A model generated the notes under the pieces. That model saw only the letters and a program-made list of their open reading frames with translations, was not told the origin of the DNA and searched no databases. The translations under genes were made by a program, and so were the position numbers. Below, piece by piece: positions 27,441-39,249 of a stretch of DNA of 64,000 nucleotides; position 1 is the stretch's first letter, and each line of letters opens with the position of its first letter. The DNA is from Prorocentrum cordatum (Eukaryota): assembly GCA_963575745.1 (NCBI GenBank), contig CAUYUJ010000001.1, positions 2,666,001 through 2,730,000 on the forward strand. The letters run 5' to 3'.

Positions 27441-27462
27441 TCCGGAGCCGTTTTGGCACAGG
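27441..27462 (+). other. Degenerate relict spliced leader in tandem behind the intact SL
   Basis: TCCGGAGCCGTTTTGGCACAGG, 18/22 identical to the SL directly before it. Confidence 0.85.
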
Positions 27463-27479
27463 ACCTGACCTTACTGGCA

Positions 27480-28868
27480 ATGGGGAGCAGCGGCCCCCAC
27501 AGTGCCCCTCGTTTGCCTGGTCAGACGAGGACTTCTGGCGAGTTTTGTGAGCTCCTGTTGGGGCATTCCCTTCGGCATCACGTCCCGATGGTGCCAGCCC
27601 CTTTCCCGCATGCGCCCTGGGTCAAGCCGCAGGGTGATGGCGAGGGATGGTCTATTGCGAGAGGTCGCCGCGGCCAGGCTCAAGTCTCGAGCTTCGCCTG
27701 CCCATCCTGCGGTTGCAAGAAGAGCAGCGTCAATGCCTCGCATTGCAAGCACTGTGCTCACCCTCTCCCTCGTCTGCTTCATGGTGATGGGCCACCAGCT
27801 GGTGGTCGCTGGGCCACAGCTGGCCCCCCTGGCTTCTGGTTCGGGAACGGCTTCAGCGGCAAGGGGCCCGTCTTTCAGAACTTCGGGGGCAAAGGGGGAG
27901 GCCGTGGGCCCAGTGGCAAGAGCAGAGGCAAGGGCTACTTCGGAGGCGACCAGACGATGTGGGATGTGCTGGCCCGTCAAGGAGATGAGCGTGCTGGCGG
28001 AGCAGCAGGAGGCCCCCCTCCTCTTCCTGTGGGACCAGTGCCTGCCATCACTGCGTCCGAGGCCAAGGCCTTGGGCGAATCGCTCCAGAAGGCGGGTGAT
28101 GTTGGAGCGGCTGCCAAGTACCTTGACATGGCGAAGCATCTGGAAGCGGCAGCAAAGCCCGTGGTTGTCTCGGACCACACGCGTATGCAGCAGGCTCACT
28201 CCATGGTGCGCAAGCTGGAGAAGCAAATGGAGCAGCAGCTGGGCCGTGTCACGAGGCTTCGGGAACAGCTCGTCGAAGCGGAAGCTTCGCTACGTTCGCT
28301 TCGTGTTCATCTCGACCAGGCGGATTTGGACTACAAGCAGACGCTGGCGGCCTTGCAAGGGCCCCCTCAGCCCACGGGGGAGCGGACTCAGTCGATTTCT
28401 TTCAAGCTCGAGGATTTGGTGGCAGGCGATGTGGATTTTGCCAAGATCATCGACTGCAGCCACATGCTGGAGGATCTCACGACGGACAATGATGTGGACG
28501 TGGCCGACCTCGAGCAGTTCCAGAAAAGGAAGGGGGACCTCTCGTCTGGCGCCACCAAGTTGGCCAGGGACCTCTTCGCCCAGGTCGCATCGCATGCCAA
28601 GGCTCTTCGTGAACAGCATGAAGCTCATCGACTTCGTGTGGTGGCTAAAAAGCGGAAGACCACGGAGGGTGAGGTTGTCGGAGGTTATCCTGAGGATGCT
28701 GCTGCCGCGGCTGGGGCTGGAGCAGGGGCGCCTTCTGAGGGTGCCAAGGCCGCTGCGTCAGCTGCGGGGACGGCCGAGGCTGGCCAGGCCTCGGCTGCTC
28801 TGCAAGAGGACATTCGAGCCAAGGCCGACCAGGCTCTCAAGGACTCTGAGCCCCCTGCTGCGTCTTAG
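27480..28868 (+). CDS. LINE-A ORF1 (putative nucleic-acid-binding/chaperone protein)
   Basis: Intact ORF from the first ATG after the SL; C-x2-C...C-x2-C zinc finger (FACPSCGCKKSSVNASHCKHC), GKG-rich segment, coiled coil (MVRKLEKQMEQQLGRVTRLREQL). Confidence 0.8.
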   Translation: MGSSGPHSAPRLPGQTRTSGEFCELLLGHSLRHHVPMVPAPFPHAPWVKPQGDGEGWSIARGRRGQAQVSSFACPSCGCKKSSVNASHCKHCAHPLPRLLHGDGPPAGGRWATAGPPGFWFGNGFSGKGPVFQNFGGKGGGRGPSGKSRGKGYFGGDQTMWDVLARQGDERAGGAAGGPPPLPVGPVPAITASEAKALGESLQKAGDVGAAAKYLDMAKHLEAAAKPVVVSDHTRMQQAHSMVRKLEKQMEQQLGRVTRLREQLVEAEASLRSLRVHLDQADLDYKQTLAALQGPPQPTGERTQSISFKLEDLVAGDVDFAKIIDCSHMLEDLTTDNDVDVADLEQFQKRKGDLSSGATKLARDLFAQVASHAKALREQHEAHRLRVVAKKRKTTEGEVVGGYPEDAAAAAGAGAGAPSEGAKAAASAAGTAEAGQASAALQEDIRAKADQALKDSEPPAAS

Positions 28869-31800
28869 AGGCGGCGGGGGGCAGGAATCTGAGGGCGGGG
28901 ACCCAGGTTTGAAACCCTCCTGGGATCTTTTTAATTTTTTAGCCTCGAGAGTGTCTGTGATAGGCTCCAGGTCTCAGGCCTCTGGGGTTCGTCTCTCCAA
29001 GCGTTTAAGGTGTTTGTTTGGGTTTTGCCATCTCGGGGGCTCGTTCGACGCCCCGCTCTCCTGTGCTGAAATTCGGGTGCCCCCAGACAGCCCAGGAGCC
29101 TCTCGCATTTCCTCTCTGCCTCTGCCCGGTGCGGACGTGAAGCAGCATTGCGTGAAGGCTGGCGAAGCTCTGCGTGAAGGTTCTCCAGTCGCACGATTGC
29201 CGCAATCCGATGCCCTTTTTCCTGGTGCCAGCTCCGCCAGGGCCTGGTCCTGCATGAGGCCCGTCCCAGATGACGAACGGCTTCCAGAGACCTCAGCCCC
29301 CACGCCAGCTGCCCAGGGTGCTGCCGATGGCTGCATCAGGCTTGACGAGGGTCTTCTCGTGACTACAGTGAACGCCAACTCCTGGGGCACCCTCAAGAAC
29401 TTTCTTTCCTCGGCCAGTTCGCATGTGGTTATCGCTCAGGAACATCGGCTTAAAGATCCCTGTGCGCTGGACCAGGCTTCGAAGTCGTCCAAGTTTCTGG
29501 GATGGAAAACGCTGTGGGCGTCAGGACTGCTTGGAGAGGGAGGTGGCGTCTCGTCGGGAGTTTGCGTCTGTGTTCGAGATGGACTTGGGCTTTTCGAAGC
29601 TGCTGCGAATTCTGTTCTCGTTCCTGGTCGAGCTATCGCCACCATGGTTCACGTTCCTGGTTGTGCCCCGTTTTGTGTCTGCAGCCTCTACTTGGTCCAC
29701 AGTGAAGGTCTCTCGGATTCCACTAGAGAAACGTTGAGGGTTGTCGGGGAATTTTTAGACTCCGTGGGTTGTGAGTTTATCGTGGGGGCCGATTGGAACA
29801 TGGGTCCCGAGGTCATCGAAGCTTCCGGGTTTGGCAAGAAGCTTAGGGCCAGTACGATTGTTCCTGAAGGTCACACCCACTTCCCCAGCAGGGGCCCTCC
29901 TGTTCGGTTTGATTTTTTCGTTGTGTCGGAGGCTCTCAGCCTCTGTCTCAAGAGTGTCTATGTTGAAGGTGACTCCAGCATCACTCCACATCGCCCAGTG
30001 TCGCTTCGTTTTCACAGCTCCCTGGGCGATCTCAAGGTTCTTGCCTTCCGCCAGCCCCCTTCGTTGCCCGTGCTCCCTCCTGTTGGCCCTGCGCCCAAGT
30101 CTGGCGACTGGAGTGCTGCGCTTGGTTTGGCCGAAGAAGCGTTTGGGGCGGTCTCGAACGGGGATGGGGAAAAAGCGCGCAGGCTTTTGAGCATCGGATA
30201 CAAGTTTTGGGCTGATGCTGCGGAAAAAGACCTTGCCAACTTCCTGGGGGCCGATCTCAAGGTTTTGGGGACTAGGGGCAAGCGGCCCCAGGTTTTCTGG
30301 AAGTCTGTGCTCCGCCCAGCGGGGCGTGAGAACGATCCAGGTTTACGGTCTATCTCCTGGCTGTGTAATCAGCTTCGTGCAGTTAGGTGCTATCTCTCGG
30401 ATTCGGTCTTGCAGGAGGCTGGGCGACAGGTGCTCAACTCGATCCTCCAGCCTCCGTCGGCCGTGGCGGCGCAGGAGAGCTCTGAGTTCCACTCGCTCTT
30501 CAAGGCCAGTGCGGCCCTAGCTAGATGCGCCTTTTCTCCTGTGCTGGATCCTGAGCTCGGCTCTGATCTGGACGACCTGATCGATCAGGTAGCTCAAGCC
30601 GTCGCCGCTGCTAGGGTCACCGCTGCGAATGCCTCGCGGCTAGAGTGGCCAGAGTGGGTGCGTACGGGCATTGATGCTGGTGGTCGCAACGCTCAGAGGG
30701 CCATCAAAGACCCTGAACCCTGGAAACCCTCCACCACCTTATCCAGATGTGGTACCATCGTTTGCGACCCAGTGTCTTTACTGCAGGCCGAAGGCGACAA
30801 GTTTGCGTCTATTTGGGGCAATGACAAAGGCATTGGTGTGGGCCATGACCTTTTGCCCCATGGGCGCATTTTAGAGCCTGCCGAGCTCCGATTTTTTCCA
30901 AAAAGTATCGTTCCTCCTCGGCGGCGAGCGTTGATGGATTCCACTGTCGGCATTTTAGTCTTCTCCCCGATGAGGCTTTGCATGCCCTGGCCCTGTGGTT
31001 TGCTGTTTGGGAAGCCACTGGCGAGTTGCCCAAGCAGCTCTCGTGGGTTCTGATGGCCTTGTTGGCCAAGCCGACGGGTGGGTTCAGACCCATTGGGGTC
31101 TTCCCGAGCCTGTACCGCCTTTGGGGTCGCGCCCGTCGTCAGGAGGCTCTTCAGTGGGAGCTCACCTACCCCAGAAAGTACTGGGCTGCTGGGGCCAACA
31201 GAGGAGCGGGGGATGTTGTTTGGAGGCAGGCTTTCAGGGCTGAAGCGGGCACTCGCAAGAGAGAGGTGTCGGCTTCCATTTTCTGGGATCTCAGGAAGTA
31301 CTATGAGCACATTAATCTGAGGTACCTATGGCAGCAGTGCGTGCACTTTCATTTCCCGTTACCTCTGGCGAGACTGGCCATCAGGGCGTATTCGTGTGCT
31401 CGCTTTCTGGCCCTCGGGGGCATCATCCAGGGCCCTTATTTCGTTTCCAAAGGTCTGGTGGCGGGTTGTTCTTTTGCGACCAGCCTCATTCGCGTTTTTG
31501 CCATGCAGGCTTTCGATGAGGCCCTCGCTTCGGTTCCCAAGGGCCCAGGAGCTTTGACCGACTTCGACGCCTACGTCGATGACCTTAGTCCCAGCTGCAC
31601 GGGACCTGCTAAGGTTGTAGTTGCCAGCCTCACGGCGGGAGCCAAGACGCTCCACCGAGCCATCACGGCGACGCTCGAGTGCAAGCTGGCCATGGACATA
31701 GTGGGAATGATCAGCAACTCCCCCGATGTTTCCAGAAAACTCACTGAGGCCTTGGGGCCTCTTGTTGGACCAGCCTGCTCTCGGGTTACCAATCTGGGTT

Positions 31801-33869
31801 CCGATTTCACTGCGGGCAGACCTGTTCGCTCCAAAGGGCGCTCGGCCAAATTGAAATCTAGAGCTGCGGCTGCTCTGAGGAAGACCAAAAAGCTGAAGGG
31901 CCTCCATCAGGTCCTGGACCGCAAGTGTTTGAAGGTCTTCGCGGCGGGACCGATGGCGGGAGCCGTGTACGGCTCTGACTTGTATGGGATTTCGGGCAGG
32001 GAGCTTCTTAATCTCAGAAGGATGGCCATGTCGACGGTTAAGCCCAGAGCCCAGGGCAGGTCCCTCAGTGTCTTGTGTCTTCTCTCGGATGACCCTACTT
32101 GGAGGGGCTGTTGCGCGCCTGTCATCCGCTGGGCCAAGGAGGTCTGGACCCTGCACACTCATGGGTTTCCCTGGACGTTGAGCTGGGCCGAACTAAGGGA
32201 CGGCTGGAGCGCTGTCTTTGCGTCGGATGACCACTCGTGGTCCAAAGTGGCTGGGCCGATTTCTGCCCTGCGTATGACCTTGTACAGGCTGGGCTGGACC
32301 ATGCCCAATTTTTGCGCCTTTGTTGACGACTTTGGCCGCGAAATCTCCTTGACCCTGTCGTCCCCTAAGCTTGTCAAGCTTTACTGTAAGGAAGCTCATC
32401 TTCGGGGTCTTGAAAGGGAGTCGGGGGACAAATACGGTTGTGGTTTCAGACTTTGCTGGGACGTGGTCAAACAGCTGATGTCTTCCAGGAAGGTTTCTAG
32501 CAAAACCAAAGGTTGGATCCGAGCTCAGGCCACGAGAGCTTGCTGGACGGCAAGCGATGTGGCAGCTGCAGGGTAAGACTTTTCTGACAAGTGCGCGCTG
32601 TGCGGCAAGGACCGCGACACCCTCTTCCACAGGCTCGTCGTGTGCCCGTCTGTGTAGTCTGTGAGGGAAGCGGTGCTTGACAAAAGTATTCAGAATGAAG
32701 CGTTGGAGCTAGGTGCAGATCATGTCGACATGTGTCTGTACTTGCACGGTGCCGTCAAACATCCTGGAGATTATGCCCCACCGCCACTCACTGAAGGAGG
32801 TAATAGCCTGGAATGGTTCGTCGATGTTCTTCCTGACCCTGGGGACCTTGCTGCTGCTCCCTCTATTCCTCCCTCCGCGGGGCTCTGGGGGCACCTCTTC
32901 ATGGATGGCTCGTGCCATCGTCATGTAGTGTGTGAACTCTCTAGGGCTGGCTGGGCTGTTGTCATGGTTTCATGCTCGGGTGAGCGCCTCGGGGTTTTGA
33001 ACGGTCCTCTGTGGGCCCCGTGGCCTCAGACGCCCCAGGGTGCCGAGTTTGGGGCCCTGGCCTGGACCGCTGTGCAAACCGAAGGCCCTGCCCTGTGTTA
33101 TTCTGATTGTGCTAATGTGGTTCATTTAATGAACCTTGGAGCTGCCGACGGCGTCAGCGCCAGGCGGCAGTATGCGGGCCAGATCATTCAAGCTAGGCAC
33201 TACTTCGGCACCAACCTAGTCTCCTTAGATAAGGTTGAGGCCCACAAAGATGCGGACGAGGAAGGGCTCTCCTCGCACGAGAGATTCGTGCGAAGAGGGA
33301 ACTTCTTCGCCGACGTCTACGCGAAGGAGGGTGCAAAGCAGCACCCCTCCATGTCCCCAACGGAGCAGGAGGCCCTCGATCACCAGATTCTAGTATCAAG
33401 GGCGATCTTGCTTGCGGGAGCGGAGCTCTTGCCACTTTGGCCGAAGTTGGAGTTTCGAGGTCTGTTGCGCGGCCCTCCGCTGCTCGACTCAAAGGCCCCC
33501 ATTTTAGAGCTCGTCCACGACTGGTCTCAACAAGGTTCCTCCTGGCGGTGTCGTGTGTGTCTGCGCGGTTCCCGTGCGAAGGCCAAGCCGCTGGGAGGAA
33601 CGTGCCCTGGGCAATCCCGTTTGGACCAGGGTCTGTTGGAGAGACTAGGCCATCGAGTCATTGCCTTCCCTTGCAGTGACAATGGCCACCTGTACTTGTG
33701 CATGTCGTGCAAGTTTTATTCTAGCGATGAAAAGGTCCTGGGTTTGTCCCGCAAGTGCGGGCCCCCCACGGAGACAGGTTTCAGAAACTTGAGACGGCTC
33801 CGAAAAGGACTGCACCCCGATACGAGGGGTGTCTCGGTCGATATCGACGAATTCATCCCGCTTTTATAA
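28869..33869 (+). pseudogene. LINE-A ORF2: APE endonuclease, reverse transcriptase, zinc knuckle, RNase H, C-terminal Cys/His motifs
   Basis: APE: TVNAN, AQEH, GADWN, RFDFF, PHRPV. RT: RPIG, WDLRKYYE, GLVAGCS, YVDD. Knuckle: CALC...H...C. RNase H: FMDGS, GAE, YSDC, KVEAH, GNFFAD. Lesions: 1-nt loss in the T run at 30892-30897 and stops at 32574-32576 (TAA) and 32655-32657 (TAG). True start unresolved because the frame is open back to 27502. Confidence 0.92.
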
Positions 33870-34008
33870 TTACAGGCAATTTGTTTGCCCTCAGTGCGCC
33901 TCTGGCTGTTGGAGCAAGCTGTCACTTTCAGAGGCATGAATGTTGCATTCAAACGAAAGAGGAAGAGGAGGAGGAACAGGGGGGGGAGGAGGAGGGGGAG
34001 GACGACAC

Positions 34009-34079
34009 TACTACTACTACTCCTTCTACTCCTACGACTCCTACTACTCCTACTACTCCTACTACTCCTACTACTACTC

Positions 34080-34138
<59 letters not shown>

Positions 34139-34142
34139 GCTG

Positions 34143-34174
<32 letters not shown>

Positions 34175-34224
34175 GCTGCTACTACTACTACTACTACTAC
34201 AACAACTACTACTACTACTATACT

Positions 34225-34284
<60 letters not shown>

Positions 34285-34296
34285 ATACTACTTCTT

Positions 34297-34327
<31 letters not shown>

Positions 34328-34333
34328 GATGCT

Positions 34334-34372
<39 letters not shown>

Positions 34373-34617
34373 GCGCACTCCTACTCCTACTACCACTACC
34401 ACTACGACTACTACTCCAACTGCTCCTACTACTCCTACTCCTACTACTACTACTACTACTATTACTACTACTACTACTACTACTACAACTACTACTACTA
34501 CCACTACTACGACGACGACGACTACTACGACTGCTACTACGACGACGACGGCTACTACTAATACTACTCCTACTCCCACGCCTACTCCTACTCCTACTCC
34601 TACTCCTACTCCTACTC

Positions 34618-34659
<42 letters not shown>

Positions 34660-34795
34660 ATCATAATAATAATACTACTGCGGCTACTACTACTACTAAT
34701 TTTACTTATTCGACTTCTCCGGCCACTACTACTACTACAACTACTACTACTACTACTACGACTACCACGGCTACTACGACTACGACTACCACGAG

Positions 34796-34840
<45 letters not shown>

Positions 34841-34890
34841 GATTGCTACTACTACTACTACTACTACTACTGCTACCACTACCACTACCA

Positions 34891-34948
<58 letters not shown>

Positions 34949-35085
34949 GACTGCTACTACTACTGCTACCACTATTACTACTATTACTGCTAATGCTACT
35001 GCTACCTACGACTAGGACTTCTACTACTACCACGACGACGAACTGTAATCACAATTCCAACTACTACCACTACTACTATTACCAT
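34009..35085. repeat. (CTA)n microsatellite
   Basis: Direct reading. Confidence 0.97.
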
Positions 35086-35688
35086 TAATAATATGGATAA
35101 AACTAGTAATCAAGCTATAACGTCTATTAATAAACAGATTACAAACAAAACGGCTACTACGAATAGTAGTTATACACATGTTCGTAATAGTATTGGTAAC
35201 TCTACCAATAAGAATACCAATCGCACGCTGACTAAACTTAATAGTACGACGAATGGCACGGAAACTAATGATAAAGAACAAGGCGCCGTACTACGGAGAG
35301 AAATTGTAAGAAGCGGCGGGAGCAAGGGGAACAGGCGCGCAAGCAGGTCGATAATGTTGGCGCGCGGCGAACAGGCGGGGGCCTTCTCTGCTGGTTTAGT
35401 TCCGCCTCAGCCTTCGTCTTCTGCTGCTTCAGTTCCGCCTCGGCTCACGGATGAAGGCTTCTCGTGAAGAAAGGGCGAGGGAACCACGTGCAATTTGAGC
35501 AACGACCAATCACATATTGGAGGAAGCGTTCTCCATCCCCTCACCATCCCCGTCATTTTTTCCCCTCTCCTCTCCCTGCCCCTTCTGTCTCAGGTGTCTT
35601 CTCCCCCTGCTCTCCCATTCCCTCCGCCCCTGCCCCACTGCCCGTCCCCAGAGCCATCACTGCCGCCCACCCTTCCCCTCCCGGCATA

Positions 35689-35876
35689 CGGCAGGTTCGT
35701 GTCGTGCCGACCCCGGCGTTGGTTTCTGACACCGCAGGGATCGTTCAACCTTGAACGATCGGCCGCTGCCGCAACGTCCAATCGTTCAACATCGACCGAT
35801 TCTGGGTCGCCGTCGGCGTTCAACCTTGAACGTCGGCGGCGGGGTCGCCGCTGGTCGACACGACGCAAACCTACCG
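35689..35876. mobile_element. 188-bp MITE, copy 2
   Basis: Same length and TIRs as 20819-21006; TA at 35687-35688 and 35877-35878; flanks unrelated to copy 1. Confidence 0.85.
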
Positions 35877-37049
35877 TACCCCCTCCCGCCCTTCCCTCTC
35901 GCCAAATGCGCCCCGCCCCGCCCCCCCTCCCCGAGCTTTCCCTGCCCCCCCCTGGCGCCCGACACTTCCGTCTTCTCCTGCCCCCATCCCGTCTCCCCCT
36001 CCCCTCCCTCCCTCCCTCCTATCCCATCCCTCCCTCCCTCCGCTTCCCTCCATCTCCCCCTCACCTCCCCTCTGTGCCTGCCTCCTGCCCGCCCACCCCC
36101 CCACCATCCCGTCCTACCCTGATGAGGAGGAGGACGAATGGAGAAAGTGAGAACGAGAGAGAACGAGAGAAAAAGAGAAAGAGAGAGAGAGAGGGAGACA
36201 CAGAGCAAGAGAAGCAAGATGGGGAAGTGAGCGGGGATGGAGGAGGAGGGTGAGAACCGGAATGGGGAGGAGGGGGAGAACAGAGGGGAAGAGAGAGAAG
36301 GAACTGAAAACCTGTAGGATGGAAGAAGCGGAAGGGAAGGAGAAAGAGGAGGACCAGCGCTTGGCTTCGGAGGTTCGTGGCGTCCTCGGCACGCTCACGC
36401 CGAGACAGCTGCGCGATGCTGCCGATTGCGAAATCCGTGCGGCCCTCGTGGGGCCCTTTCAGCAGACCCATTGTGGAGGAGTGGCGGCCACACTGCAACC
36501 TCGCGACTGCTGTCGCGGGCGGCCAGCGCTCGGAGGGACTGGCGTTAAAATTGGTCGAGGGGCACGAGCGGTCGGAAGACCATTTCGGCAAAGGCTCCAC
36601 TCTTTTGGGGTGTTGGAATCCGAAGGCCTTGGCAATCAGAGCACCAGCTTTGTTACTCTGGGCCCCTCCGGGCATTCAGAGAAAAGGCGGCGCTTTTGGG
36701 GGTGTTGGAATCTGATGGCCTTGGCAGTCAGAGCACAAGCGTTGCTACCTCGGGCAGTCTGGGCAAGGGAGGCCGTTCCTTGCGATGCCCTTGACACACC
36801 TCCTCTCTGCGTATGAAACACTGGGATTGATTCGTGGCTCGCGTTCCACATCAATGGGTTCCCAAGCGCGGGGGGCCTCCTGGGACGGAGGGGGAGGAGC
36901 CCGACGAGAGAGGCCTCGGAGGAGGGAGGCGTCGGCCCCAGGGTTCCAAGCAGAGGTGGCCGACGCGGCCCCCATGGAAGGATTCAGGCACCGCTCTGGC
37001 TCCTTCAGCCTTTTGGGGGGGCCGCCCTCGGAGCTAGTGCTGGCCATCT

Positions 37050-37570
37050 GGGCAAAGATCTGGCAACGTAGAACGGAAAGCATCTCAAAAGGCTGCGATC
37101 TGCTCTGAAATTCTCCAGATCGGAGGTCGAAGGCTCGTCAAGCTTGGCCGTTACCTAGGGCATGCTGTCCAGCTAGCTCGTTGGAAAATTCAGCTGCTAG
37201 ATCCTGATGTGCTTGTGCTTTAACCTTCTCGAGACAGGCAGACGGCGGGGCGGTGCACTTGCCCGCCGGGATCTTCAAACCAACGCGCGCGTTCTTCCAC
37301 GGGCACCCTGGGGTCGAAAAGAGCTGGAGGACGCCGAGGTAGTCAGCGCGCACTGCGGTGGCCAGGGGCGACATGCCGCAAGCGCCGACGATGGCCGGCA
37401 TTTCCGCGACTCCAGCTTCGAACGTGTAGATCCCCGATTTGACAAGAGAGAATGCCGCGCGTGCCCCCGTTCCTCATGAAGACTACCGACCAGTCTGCAG
37501 CGTGGTAGGCTGGGCAAAGAAAACGATCGCAGATGCCAATTACATAGACGGGCCCAGCGAAGGCCCCTTT
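37050..37570 (-). pseudogene. Degenerate LINE RNase H fragment (LINE-A-like)
   Basis: VYVIGICDRFLCPAYHAADWSVVF...GILS parallels LINE-A LFMDGSCHRHVVCELSRAGWAVVM...GVLN; later EKVKAQ...GNGQA. Confidence 0.65.
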
Positions 37571-39170
37571 CCGGGGAAACTCCAAGGTCGGCGCGCCAGA
37601 GCTGGCACTGGCCCAGTCCCGCCCCAGAAAGGGGGGGCGCCGAGGCAAAGCTCGGGGGAAACCTGAAACCACGAGCCGAGCACGAGGCCCCCGACGATGG
37701 TTCTGCGGCAACTGCAACTCATGTGGGGCATGGGCGTTGACTCTGTCTGGTTCAGAAAAAGGGCGGCCAAACAGTCTGTGCCGGAGGCAATCAGACTGGG
37801 CACCGCCCGCGCAAGATTTGGCAAGGTCGCGCAGTGGAGGCCCATGCCAAGAAACGCCCTGCTTGCCTCCAGGGTGCCCTGGGCTTCTTGGGCTTCGACG
37901 TTTCTGCCGCGGGAAGCGCGACGTTCCCGCGCCAAAAATCAACGGGCGCGCCCGAGGGTCTCAGGGTTGGGCTTCTTGCGGAAGGCTTCTCGTGGTCCGA
38001 AACCATCGAAACCCAAAGAAACCCAGCCCTGCAGGCAAACGGGGCGCTTCTTGGCATGGGCCCCCACTGTGTGACGAGGCCGCGGCCCGCAGCTTCAGCT
38101 CCGGCTCTGGTCCAGCGGCCTCGGGCCAGGAACGCGGGGGGGGGGCCCGCCTCTCTCGCGCTCGGCGAAGCGAGCGCTGGCCAGAACCTCGGTCGCAGCC
38201 CCAGGGGTCTAGCGAACCTGCGCGGTGTAGCTCGGGCGCCGCTTGCCCTGTGATTTGCTTAACGCACTCGGCTCGCGTGAACCTCCGCGACAGACAGACG
38301 GCAGCCAGGCGCCAAACGGCGCATAGGCAGCAAAACCGCATCACATCGCGGCATGGCTGAGCCGAGCATCCTGAAGGGCGCGCGGGCACAAGAGTGCACG
38401 ATTGGCAGCTCTCCGTGGAAGTCTAAAATGCACCCGCTCGACTGCGGACCTTACCGGGCGAGAAACAAGTGAGGGGGCGCCGCTGCCCCGATCTCCTCTG
38501 GAACGCAAGAGGCGCGGCGAAGGGCCATCCGATCCGCTGCGAGGAGAAAGAGCAAGACGCCACATGGGGCCCCTCGCGCTCCCCTAAGGGGGGGGAGGTT
38601 GGCCCTTGAAGGCCTCGCCGCGGGCCCGCAGGGTCGGCGCGGCCGGGGCCCAAACGACGCCATGCCGAACTAGGGCTGGCCCCGTCGCTAACTTCCAGCC
38701 GGGGTCCCCCGCAGATAGAAAGCTGGGGGCGCGGCGGCGCGCGGCGCACTCGGGGCCCGCTAGCTTTACATGCTCTCGCTTGGCGATTGCCAGCTGGGCA
38801 TCGCCCGGGCCTGCTACTCCGCGCCCAGACTCGGTCGCCACAAACATTCTGCTGTTTTATATGTATATAAGTCTCTCCTCCAGGCGCCCCTTATAGCACC
38901 CGACATTCTCATCCTCGTCTTCATCTTGTCCATCCTCGTCTTCCTCAACCTGCCCTTCCTCCAGCGGCGCCCGGGGAGGGCGGCAGCTGTCTCGCAGCCG
39001 TGGGCGTGGCCCGAGACGTCGAGGTCGGTTCCTGCCCTGCCTCGCAATTCCCCCTGGGGCAACTTTCTCGGCGGGTCTCATTGGGCGCCGCGTTGCCGCC
39101 CAATTCCCGCTGGGCGCGGGCCGGGGGGTCCCGAGAGCCCCTGCCAAGGCTTGAAACAACTTCGCCCATC

Positions 39171-39233
39171 TTGGCCGCCTGGCGCTCGAGCAGGAGGTCG
39201 CGCGCGAACGCGTTGAGGTCCACGCTGGGGGCC
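39171..39233 (-). CDS. Putative host exon (APSVDLNAFARDLLLERQAA[K])
   Basis: CAG|G acceptor, strong GC3 codons; donor is either GA (exon end 39171) or GC (exon end 39179). Confidence 0.5.
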
Positions 39234-39249
39234 CTGATGGGTCCAGGAG

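Larger units (their letters stand above)
27419..33958 (+). mobile_element. Non-LTR retrotransposon 'LINE-A' (ORF1 + APE endonuclease-RT-RNase H ORF2), 5'-complete, SL-capped, disrupted
   Basis: Starts with exact DinoSL; ORF1 and ORF2 motifs lie in canonical order; short A-rich end (AAACGAAA); 13-bp direct repeat GAGGAAGAGGAGG at 27406-27418 and 33959-33971 (candidate TSD). Confidence 0.93.

Noticed and set aside
27419..27500. SL RNA gene
   Set aside because: The SL exon is not followed by a GT donor/SL intron; it runs into a relic SL and the LINE 5' region
30885..30910. Programmed -1 frameshift in LINE-A ORF2
   Set aside because: No in-frame X XXY YYZ heptamer; one extra T in the homopolymer restores the frame
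33885..35088. Long poly-Thr/Leu/Tyr ORFs (also 54287-56904 and 3993-5226)
   Set aside because: Translations of microsatellites
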